Below, in pieces: positions 9,120 to 17,178 of a stretch of 64,000 bases of DNA. The DNA is taken from the NCBI GenBank assembly GCA_049597955.1, contig JBMYND010000006.1, positions 19,928-83,927 on the forward strand. Direction: 5' to 3'. Origin of the DNA: Parvibaculales bacterium. Its GTDB lineage: Bacteria; Pseudomonadota; Alphaproteobacteria; RS24. A model generated the notes under the pieces. It ran no database searches, was not told the DNA's origin, and saw only the letters and a list, made by a program, of their open reading frames with translations. The translations under genes and the position numbers were made by a program. Position 1 is the stretch's first letter, and each line of letters starts with the position of its first letter.

Positions 9120-9845
9120 TTATTTATCAATAAGAGCGTTTTTTCGTTCAATTAAATCTCCAAGCCGAGCCAATGACGCAACGGCCAAATAACACGGCAT
9201 AAGATAGCCTTTATCACTCAGTTTTTTGAGCGACTGCGCGGGCAACTCGTTTAACCGCTCAACGTTCACGCCATAAAACCCGGTAATTGTTTTCTGCGTT
9301 TTATCTTTGAATTTTAAGTCTGCATTAAACGGTTCGAGCAGGTCGTAATCGCGCAGCATTTGGATGAAGCCTATTCCTTTTTTGCGACCGCTATAACATA
9401 GCTCCAATTGAGAAATACGGCCTTTTAAGAATTCAGTGTGTTGCCCATTTTCATCAAAGAGGGCCTCCCCCTCATCAGGGTCAGTCGTTAATCGACTGCT
9501 TGAAGTATCTATGAAAACACTACCCCTCTGGGGATCATTGGGATCCTCGCCCACCATGAAGGGACGAATTTTCATGGTCAAAGGAAATTGAGGATTGGGG
9601 TAGCCTTGAAGGTTAAGGAAGAGATTTTCATTCTGCTCCAGCCCCATCAATGCGACGCAAAGAAAATCATCGCCGTCGCTATCCACATTTTCCCGAAAAA
9701 TGAGCGGAAAGTGCCCGGAAAGCACGACAAACTCTTCCGGAAATGTGACAGCTGCCATGATGTTGTCACCAAAATCTGATGAAAAGCCCTGCTTCACCCT
9801 AAGGTTTGCATGCTTTACGGATGACAATATTTCGACGTTGCTCAC
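9120..9845 (-). CDS. SapC family protein
   Basis: 241 aa. N-terminal pattern SVKHANLRV...FPEEFVVLSGHFPLIF is typical of SapC. GTG start preceded by GGAGGTG. Confidence 0.75.
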   Translation of the reverse strand: MSNVEILSSVKHANLRVKQGFSSDFGDNIMAAVTFPEEFVVLSGHFPLIFRENVDSDGDDFLCVALMGLEQNENLFLNLQGYPNPQFPLTMKIRPFMVGEDPNDPQRGSVFIDTSSSRLTTDPDEGEALFDENGQHTEFLKGRISQLELCYSGRKKGIGFIQMLRDYDLLEPFNADLKFKDKTQKTITGFYGVNVERLNELPAQSLKKLSDKGYLMPCYLAVASLARLGDLIERKNALIDK

Positions 9846-9857
9846 GTTTTCACCTCC

Positions 9858-9913
9858 AAAAATAAAATGGGCAGCGCCTCTAAAACACTTTACGCATTTG
9901 AAAGGCGCTGCCC
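9858..9913 (-). terminator. Rho-independent terminator downstream of the TBDR gene
   Basis: 11-bp stem GGGCAGCGCCT (9869-9879) / AGGCGCTGCCC (9903-9913) followed on the minus strand by ATTTTATTTTT. Confidence 0.7.
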
Positions 9914-9932
9914 TTATATTATGGAAAAAGTT

Positions 9933-12900
9933 CTACATTTTCCAACGCAAACCAATATAGTGTTTTGCGTGACCTTGGCTAACCCAAGTTACATATGCTG
10001 GGTTATTCCGCTCAAATGTGCGACGGCCTTCCTCACCGAGGTTTATGCCATCATAGGTGATGGTAATCCCAGCTTCCGGAAACGAGTAACTCAAGTTGAC
10101 ATCAATAGACTCATACTCTTCCGTATAGCCAGATGATGTGCCGCTATAGTTCAAGAAACGGTCACGCCAGTTCCATGCAACCCTACCGCTAAAGTCACCT
10201 TGTTCATAGTAACCGATAAGGTTGGCACTGTCACTAATGCCGATAATGGCAAACTGACTGTCTGCTTGAGAATTCGGAACAGTATCATCATATTCTGCAT
10301 CAGTATCGACAAGGGTCATATTGGCAATAATGCCAAACCCTGAAAGATCCAGACCAAAAAGCGTTCTGTCGCTGAAATCATGTTGAATGGCAAGCTCGAG
10401 ACCTGACACGTCTTCCTCACGATCACTTACAGCAGGCAGTGCGTTTCTAAACAACACAAGCTCATTGGTATCATCGGCAAGGATTGATGAACCCGGCCCA
10501 GGATTGGTTACCGGTGTGCCATCGGCCAAGTAAGCCGGGTTACGGATGCCCTGGACATTAATATAACTAATTCCAGACCCAACGTAATTGCTCACGGTTT
10601 TTTGGAAGTAACCCAATGACGCATAACTTCTGTCACCATAGTAATATTCTGCTGAGACGTCATAGTTGATTGTCTCAAATGGTTCCAGCGCCGGATTACC
10701 CGATGAAGAATTACCGGTTTCACCCTGCGTGCCTTTTTGGGCACTCAACAGAGGATTAATGGCAACGCCACCGCGAAGGTTTCCATAGCCTTGCCGCGTA
10801 ATTGTCTTGCTGACAGCGGCACGGAGCTTCAATTCATCCGAATAGTCTATGTCAAAATCAATAGACGGCAACAGAACATCGTAGCTCCCTTGACCCGACG
10901 AGGCCACATTGTTACCCGATGGCGGAGCATTGATATCATCCGCACCATCAACCCAAGTAGGTTGACCATAAATAGGCACCAATGAGGATGAAGTCACGTC
11001 CGTTTCTTCATACCGCAAACCGACAACCACTGAAGCGGGCTTGTCCATCAGGTCAAAGTCTTTGTTTGCCTGAACATAGAATGAGGTTGTTTCCTCTTCG
11101 AAAGTATCGAAAGTGGTATAATCGGCTTTACAGTCAGCAATATCGGCGGTTCCGCAGATAAGAATACCAGCATCGCCAGGATTGTCTCTTTGGAAGCCTG
11201 AATATGCCTCAAAGTAACGGTCATAAGTTGACCTGACAAATTGCGGGAATATCAGATTGCTGCCACCCAGACGGTCAAAATATTGCCGTAAATCTGTGAG
11301 GCCAGATGCCCATATTGCCGTATCGTGACGTGATCCAACTTCGGCAGTGCCCCATTGTGGAGCCAAGCCACCCCAGTTACCGGCGGCAATTTCACCAAAC
11401 GCACTCTCGACCGTATTGGTATGAAGTGACACACCAAACTCAAGCGTGTCTACATAGTCCTCAAAATCACTGCCAGCCGCATCAAACACACCATTCACTT
11501 GGAGCTGCTCGATTTCAGCCATGTTACGGCTGTTAATGTTGGTCGCACCGGTAAAGAATGACTGAGTTGGCTGGATGACATCAGCCAACACTTGATCATC
11601 AAACCGCATGACGATGTTCGGAATCTCTTGGTCATAATTGACAGTCCAATTATTGGCCAAAGACCTGATAGCACCAATCGAAGCCGAAGAACCATAAGGG
11701 CTCAAAGGCAGAGATTCAGACTGGCTGTCATGATAGTCGAAAGCCAGAACAAGTCTTTCGGACGCGTCCCACTCAAGATTGAGGCCGACCGATTCCATCT
11801 CTGTAATATTGTTTTGATACATCATTGCAGAGTCGAGGTCGTCTGTGCCACGCCCGTTATCAAGGTCAGCAGGGTTGCCGTCGCGTCCCCATGTGTTCCA
11901 GGCCGCATGATTATAGGTCATGGAAATCGGAGTAGCCGGATTACCCGGGCCCCAAACAGTGTCCATGCCATATTGCTGCCAAGATGCATCCGATGACCAA
12001 ACAGTCAAACGAGATTCATTGACCTCATGCTCCAATTCCGCCGAAGTGTAATCCAGAGTCGCTGTCAGATTATCCATCAATTGTGCTTGGAATGTTATCT
12101 GATAGTTATTGCGGTCTTGGTCAATTTCGTCGACATAATAGCCTGCGCCATCATGAAGGTTTGCAATCAATACGCCATCAGCAGGCGCATTGGTGAGCGT
12201 ATCCCCATTGTAGAGACCTACTTCGTCATTGGCCTGAACTTTTATGTTAGAACCCATGGCCTCAAAGCCGCTGGCCCAGCTATGCCGGAATGAACCAACC
12301 GTGTGGTGCGTGCTGTTTTGAATAGCGGTAACGGCCACGCCAACCCGGTCATCCAAAAACGTTCCCATGGCGAGAAACGACACTTCATTGCCGTTTTCCG
12401 GATCTGAGTCGTCTTGGACTGATTTTACACCCACGGTTGCGCTAAAGCCAGGCGCATCCAAAGGCCGCGAAGTGCGAATATCAATGGTTGAGCCGACGCC
12501 ACCTGATGCGGTTTTGGCTTTGGCTGTTTTATAAATATCAACCCTTGAGACAGCTTCTGGCGCAAGATTGCCAAAATCGAATGACCGCGTGCTCGGCGCG
12601 CTGGCAAAGTTACCCAATGTGGAGGTCGGCATTGTCCGACCATTCAGCGTCACCAGATTGTAATCTGCGCCAAACCCGCGAACAGTGACATATTGACCTT
12701 CGCCCGACAGGGTTGAGCGGTCAATAGAGACGCCTGTTACACGCTGCAGTGATTCCGCCAAATTGGAATCAGGGAATTTACCCATATCTTCTGCAGAGAT
12801 TGAATCGACGATACCTTTAGCATTTCGCTTGATATCAACCGAACGCTCCAAACTGCCGCGAATGCCTTTTACGACAACTTCATCGACATTATCTGACGCT

Positions 12901-13001
12901 TCCTGCGCCAGAGTTGCGCTCGTTGTGAGAACAATTGCTGCGGCCGAAGCGCCGGTCAGCAATGCACCTTTCATGGTGCGGTTGGACGAATTGAATTTCA
13001 T
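9933..13001 (-). CDS. TonB-dependent receptor (glycan-type)
   Basis: 1022 aa. Signal peptide, TonB box/plug DEVVVKGIRGSLERS...GIVDSISAEDMGKFPDSNLAESLQRVTGVS, long beta-barrel region. Confidence 0.9.
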   Translation of the reverse strand: MKFNSSNRTMKGALLTGASAAAIVLTTSATLAQEASDNVDEVVVKGIRGSLERSVDIKRNAKGIVDSISAEDMGKFPDSNLAESLQRVTGVSIDRSTLSGEGQYVTVRGFGADYNLVTLNGRTMPTSTLGNFASAPSTRSFDFGNLAPEAVSRVDIYKTAKAKTASGGVGSTIDIRTSRPLDAPGFSATVGVKSVQDDSDPENGNEVSFLAMGTFLDDRVGVAVTAIQNSTHHTVGSFRHSWASGFEAMGSNIKVQANDEVGLYNGDTLTNAPADGVLIANLHDGAGYYVDEIDQDRNNYQITFQAQLMDNLTATLDYTSAELEHEVNESRLTVWSSDASWQQYGMDTVWGPGNPATPISMTYNHAAWNTWGRDGNPADLDNGRGTDDLDSAMMYQNNITEMESVGLNLEWDASERLVLAFDYHDSQSESLPLSPYGSSASIGAIRSLANNWTVNYDQEIPNIVMRFDDQVLADVIQPTQSFFTGATNINSRNMAEIEQLQVNGVFDAAGSDFEDYVDTLEFGVSLHTNTVESAFGEIAAGNWGGLAPQWGTAEVGSRHDTAIWASGLTDLRQYFDRLGGSNLIFPQFVRSTYDRYFEAYSGFQRDNPGDAGILICGTADIADCKADYTTFDTFEEETTSFYVQANKDFDLMDKPASVVVGLRYEETDVTSSSLVPIYGQPTWVDGADDINAPPSGNNVASSGQGSYDVLLPSIDFDIDYSDELKLRAAVSKTITRQGYGNLRGGVAINPLLSAQKGTQGETGNSSSGNPALEPFETINYDVSAEYYYGDRSYASLGYFQKTVSNYVGSGISYINVQGIRNPAYLADGTPVTNPGPGSSILADDTNELVLFRNALPAVSDREEDVSGLELAIQHDFSDRTLFGLDLSGFGIIANMTLVDTDAEYDDTVPNSQADSQFAIIGISDSANLIGYYEQGDFSGRVAWNWRDRFLNYSGTSSGYTEEYESIDVNLSYSFPEAGITITYDGINLGEEGRRTFERNNPAYVTWVSQGHAKHYIGLRWKM

Positions 13002-13065
13002 AGACTCCCTCCTTGAAAACCCAACTGATCTGGTCAGACGACCGGATGAAGGAGAAAAAAGCGTA

Positions 13066-13084
13066 ATTGTCCATCATTGTCAAT
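13066..13084. promoter_or_regulatory. Operator-like 19-mer ATTGTCCATCATTGTCAAT upstream of the TBDR gene
   Basis: 18/19 identical to 3155-3173. Extra GACAAT half-sites at 13102-13107 and 13169-13174. Confidence 0.4.
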
Positions 13085-13312
13085 AAAACTTTTAACGATA
13101 GGACAATAATACTGTCATCAATTGGCCACATTATTGGCACTGAGACAAAAATGTCACAGGCTGGAAAGGACAATAAAGCCCGGCTCAAAGGAGATAATTG
13201 GACAAATAGCCGGCGCGCGGCGGCCCGGCAGGTGCCGGTAAACCGTCAAGTCACGGCGTTAACGCATGACGTTAAATCAAGGCGTCAAGTCAGCAAGATT
13301 TTGGGATAGACG

Positions 13313-14365
13313 CTATCTGCCCGTGACAGCGGATGGCAAAGCCGCAGAAATTGGCGCATCCGCCGTTGATTGGCGCACATGCAGCTTATGCGGCAAAATG
13401 CGGATAATCGGGTCAAATTGGTCAAGCTCGGGATATTTGCCAAGCTGGTTGACCGCCTCAGCCGCAATATCCTCAAAGGGCTGCGAAACCGTGGTCAATT
13501 GCGGCCAAATCACTTTGGAAATATAGGAATCGTCAAAGCCGACAATCGACAAATCTTCCGGCACACGATAGCCCATGCGATTGGCAATCATCAGCGCGGC
13601 GGCGGCCATTTCATCATTGGCACAAAAAATGGCGGTTGGCCGCTGGTCTTCGGGCAGGGACAATAATTCTTCCGTGCAGCGCAGGGCCAGCTTAAAACTA
13701 AACCGCCCTTCGCGGGTTAAATCTTGTGGATTATAATTCAGTTTCGCCCGCAAAATCGCATCCTCAAAGCCCTGATAGCGCAACAGCGTGGCGACATGGC
13801 CCATATCGCCGGAAATATGGGCAATGCGCTTATGACCCAAATTAACCAGCAAATTGGTCACTTCCGTCGCCGCCTGCTTTTCATCAATCAGCACGGAAAC
13901 CGTTGACGGCACAGTCCGCGAGGGCGAAATCAGCACGAAATTAACATCATTGGCGCGCAATAAGGCATGCAATTCGGTAGAATCGCAAAGCGGCGGCACC
14001 AGCACCATGTTTTTTATTTTGGTGCGGGTCAGGAAAGAATCGACCTGGCTGGCCCAGTCACTGCTGGTTTCGTCAAATAATTCGACCACCAAATAACGCC
14101 GCGCTTTGGAGCAGGCGCTCAAAAAGGCGTGATTGAGGCTGGCTTGATAGCCACTGCTCGGATCGCCATATAACATGCCGATACTTAAGGAATCGCCGAG
14201 CCGCATTTGCCGCGCAATGGAACTTGGCGAATAATCAAGCTCATCAATCGCCGCCTGCACCTTGCTGCGCGTGCGCTGGCTGATATGCTTATAATTGTTC
14301 AAAACCCGCGAAACGGTTTTAATCGAAACGCCGGCTTTGGCAGCGACATCATGGATTGTGCTCAT
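13313..14365 (-). CDS. LacI family transcriptional regulator
   Basis: N-terminal HTH MSTIHDVAAKAGVSIKTVSRVLNN and a periplasmic-binding-protein-like sugar-binding core. Confidence 0.9.
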   Translation of the reverse strand: MSTIHDVAAKAGVSIKTVSRVLNNYKHISQRTRSKVQAAIDELDYSPSSIARQMRLGDSLSIGMLYGDPSSGYQASLNHAFLSACSKARRYLVVELFDETSSDWASQVDSFLTRTKIKNMVLVPPLCDSTELHALLRANDVNFVLISPSRTVPSTVSVLIDEKQAATEVTNLLVNLGHKRIAHISGDMGHVATLLRYQGFEDAILRAKLNYNPQDLTREGRFSFKLALRCTEELLSLPEDQRPTAIFCANDEMAAAALMIANRMGYRVPEDLSIVGFDDSYISKVIWPQLTTVSQPFEDIAAEAVNQLGKYPELDQFDPIIRILPHKLHVRQSTADAPISAALPSAVTGR

Positions 14366-14511
14366 ATGCTATTCTCACTTTTTCCATATGTTGCCCCAAA
14401 CCGGTTTACAAAGCCAGAAAATTTGCAACATAACTCTCTATATCAACAAAACCGCAAACCCATCATTTGCTCTAATGGTTTTGTCTTCAAAATGTCCCAT
14501 AAAATGTTGAC

Positions 14512-14530
14512 ATTGTCCAATAAAGACAAT
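14512..14530. promoter_or_regulatory. Palindrome ATTGTC-N7-GACAAT in the lacI/GH3 divergent promoter region
   Basis: ATTGTCCAATAAAGACAAT, immediately after TTGACA (14507-14512) and before CATAAT (14535-14540). Confidence 0.4.
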
Positions 14531-14561
14531 AACCCATAATCTTTGTCAATGGGAGGTCAAA

Positions 14562-17087
14562 ATGTTGTCAGTCAAAAAACGCCTGTTCGGCGAACGCACC
14601 AGCCAAAAATCCGGCGAAAAATTTTTTTCTCCCAGACGCGCTGTGCAGTCGGTGGTTTTTCTTTCCGCAGCCATGCTGCTGGCGGCTTGTGAGCCTGCCA
14701 AACAAAGTCAATTTGACGAAAAAGCCAAGGCCATATTGGCCAAAATGACTTTGGAAGAAAAAATTGGCCAAGTGCTGCAGGGCGATATTTCGGCAACAAC
14801 ACCGGAAGATGTCCGCAAATATAATCTCGGCTCAGTGCTGAATGGCGGCAATTCTGCGCCAAAAGGTGGCAAAACCGCCGACTGGCAAGAATGGGTCGAT
14901 TTGGCTGATGCTTATTGGCAGGCCTCAACCGATGCCTCTGATGGCGGTGTGGCGATTCCTTATATTTGGGGAACCGACGCGGTGCATGGCCATAATAATC
15001 TGCAAACAGCGACGATTTTCCCGCATAATATTGGTCTTGGCGCGGCCAATGATGCCGATTTGGTGCGCCGCATTGGGGAAGTCACAGCGCGCGAAGTGCG
15101 CGGCACCGGTCTTGACTGGACATTCGCGCCGACATTGGCGGTGGTGCAAGATGATCGCTGGGGCCGCAGCTATGAAGGCTATTCCGAAGACCCTGAAATT
15201 GTCTCGCGGCTGGGCGCGGCCATGCTGGTCGGGCTGCAAGGCGCGCCGAACAGCGATGCGTTTCTTGATGAATATCACGTTATTGCCACTGCTAAACATT
15301 TTGTTGGTGATGGCGGCACGCAATATGGCATTGACAAGGGCGATTTGATTGGCACGCCGGCAACTGTCCGCGCCACCCATGCCTATCCCTATGAAGCGGC
15401 AATAGGCAATGATGCGCAAACCGTCATGTCTTCTTTCTCCAGCGTCAATGGCGTGAAAATGCATGGCGCGAAGGATTTGCTGACCGGCCTGCTGCGCGAT
15501 GAGATGAAATTTGACGGCTTTGTGATTGGTGACTGGAACGGCCATGCCGAAATCCCAGGCTGCACCTCAACCGATTGCCCTGATGCCTTGCTGGCCGGTG
15601 TGGATATGTATATGGCACCTGATAGCTGGAAAGGGCTGTATGAGACATTGCTGGCACAAGCCAAATCGGGCGAACTGCCAATGGCACGCCTTGACGAAGC
15701 CGTGTTGCGTATTCTGGAAGTCAAATTGCGCGCCGGTGTGTTTGATGCCGGCCTGCCCTCCAAGCGCGTTGGCACAGATGAGACCGCGCTCGGCACTGAA
15801 GCCAACCGCGCCGTCGCCCGCGAAGCAGTGCGCAAATCGCTGGTATTGTTGAAAAATAATGATGCCACATTGCCGGTCAATCCGACCAAGCGGATTTTGG
15901 TGGTGGGTGATGCGGCCAATTCCATGCAGCAACAAACCGGCGGTTGGACATTATCATGGCAGGGCAATGACAATGCCAATGAAGAGTTCAAAACCGGCGA
16001 AACCATTTATCAGGGGCTGGCAACCGCCATTACCCAAGCCGGTGGCCAAATTGATTTTTCTGCCGATGGCAGTTTTGTTGAAAAGCCGGATATGGCGATT
16101 TTTGTGTTTGGCGAACAACCCTATGCCGAATTTGTTGGTGACCGCCAAGACACAGTCTATGAATTTGAAGATGGCGCGCATTTGGCAATGATTAACAAGC
16201 TGAAAGCGCAAGATATTCCTGTCGTGTCGGTTTTCATCACCGGTCGCCCGCTTTGGGTCAATCCGCACATCAATGCTTCCGACGCTTTTGTTGTGGCTTG
16301 GTTGCCCGGCACGGAAGCAGGCGGCGTGGCTGATGTGCTTGTCGCCGACAAACAGGGCAAGGCGCGCCATGACTTTGCCGGTCGCCTGTCCTTTTCTTGG
16401 CCCGGCGACGGCACAGGCATGCCGATAAATGGCGCTGAGGCGACCGGCGCACAATTCGCGCTGGGTTATGGCCTGAATTATACACAAGCCACGCAATTGG
16501 CTGCGTTTTCGGAAAATCCGGGCGTTGCCAAAGCCTCTGACGCCTTTACCGGGCAGATTATCGCGCGCGGCGCGGCGTCGACACCGCTAAGCATGTTCCT
16601 TGGCGACCAGACCAATGCCAATTCTCCGGCACCGGCCTTTAACACGGCCAGCCTTGGCGGCAGCATTACCTCATCCGGTGTTGACTATCGCGCGCAGGAA
16701 GATGCGCGGCGTCTGAGCTGGGCCGGTGACAATGAAGCCACCCTATCCGTGCGCGCACCGCGCCCTGTCGATTTTGCCCGTATCGGCGCGACCGACGAGC
16801 TGGCGCTTAAGTTGACCTTACGGGTTGATGCGGCAGGCAATGGCCCGATATTTGCCGGCATGGCTTGTGGTGATAATTGCGGCGCACGGCTTGATATGAC
16901 CAAGCTGTTGGGTGAAGGCGCGATTGGCGAATGGCGCGAAGCGGCAATTCCGCTTTCCTGCTTCACCAAAGCCGGTCTGGATGCCAGCAATGTCACCGTG
17001 CCGCTGGCCATGCAAACGGCCGCTCAATGGCAAATATCCGTGCATGATGCACGGCTCGGCACAGCCAAAGCCGCGCGCTGCCCATAA
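14562..17087 (+). CDS. Glycoside hydrolase family 3 beta-glucosidase / exo-beta-1,3-glucanase, probable lipoprotein
   Basis: 841 aa. GH3 nucleophile region FDGFVIGDWNGH. Lipobox-like LLAAC after a basic N-terminus. RBS GGGAGG. Confidence 0.9.
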   Translation: MLSVKKRLFGERTSQKSGEKFFSPRRAVQSVVFLSAAMLLAACEPAKQSQFDEKAKAILAKMTLEEKIGQVLQGDISATTPEDVRKYNLGSVLNGGNSAPKGGKTADWQEWVDLADAYWQASTDASDGGVAIPYIWGTDAVHGHNNLQTATIFPHNIGLGAANDADLVRRIGEVTAREVRGTGLDWTFAPTLAVVQDDRWGRSYEGYSEDPEIVSRLGAAMLVGLQGAPNSDAFLDEYHVIATAKHFVGDGGTQYGIDKGDLIGTPATVRATHAYPYEAAIGNDAQTVMSSFSSVNGVKMHGAKDLLTGLLRDEMKFDGFVIGDWNGHAEIPGCTSTDCPDALLAGVDMYMAPDSWKGLYETLLAQAKSGELPMARLDEAVLRILEVKLRAGVFDAGLPSKRVGTDETALGTEANRAVAREAVRKSLVLLKNNDATLPVNPTKRILVVGDAANSMQQQTGGWTLSWQGNDNANEEFKTGETIYQGLATAITQAGGQIDFSADGSFVEKPDMAIFVFGEQPYAEFVGDRQDTVYEFEDGAHLAMINKLKAQDIPVVSVFITGRPLWVNPHINASDAFVVAWLPGTEAGGVADVLVADKQGKARHDFAGRLSFSWPGDGTGMPINGAEATGAQFALGYGLNYTQATQLAAFSENPGVAKASDAFTGQIIARGAASTPLSMFLGDQTNANSPAPAFNTASLGGSITSSGVDYRAQEDARRLSWAGDNEATLSVRAPRPVDFARIGATDELALKLTLRVDAAGNGPIFAGMACGDNCGARLDMTKLLGEGAIGEWREAAIPLSCFTKAGLDASNVTVPLAMQTAAQWQISVHDARLGTAKAARCP

Positions 17088-17124
17088 GCCACAGCCCAAA
17101 ACATATTGGCCCCAAGCAGAAAAC

Positions 17125-17152
17125 AAAAGCCCGGCGCAAGCGCCGGGCTTTT
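17125..17152. terminator. Bidirectional rho-independent terminator between the convergent GH3 and GH16 genes
   Basis: AAAAGCCCGGCGC-AA-GCGCCGGGCTTTT, a perfect GC-rich stem flanked by A-run and T-run. Confidence 0.85.
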
Positions 17153-17178
17153 AATTTGCGAGAAAAATGCAAGGCTGG

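Noticed and set aside
13067-13309. 80-aa ORF in the TBDR-lacI intergenic region
   Set aside because: No RBS and no recognisable motif. It overlaps the operator-like repeats and the probable TBDR promoter, so it is most likely non-coding.
14398-14407. AAACCGGTTT palindrome with central CG upstream of lacI (possible autoregulatory operator)
   Set aside because: A perfect 10-bp palindrome is expected about 60 times by chance in 64 kb. I saw no second copy in the locus. It is kept only as a low-priority candidate.
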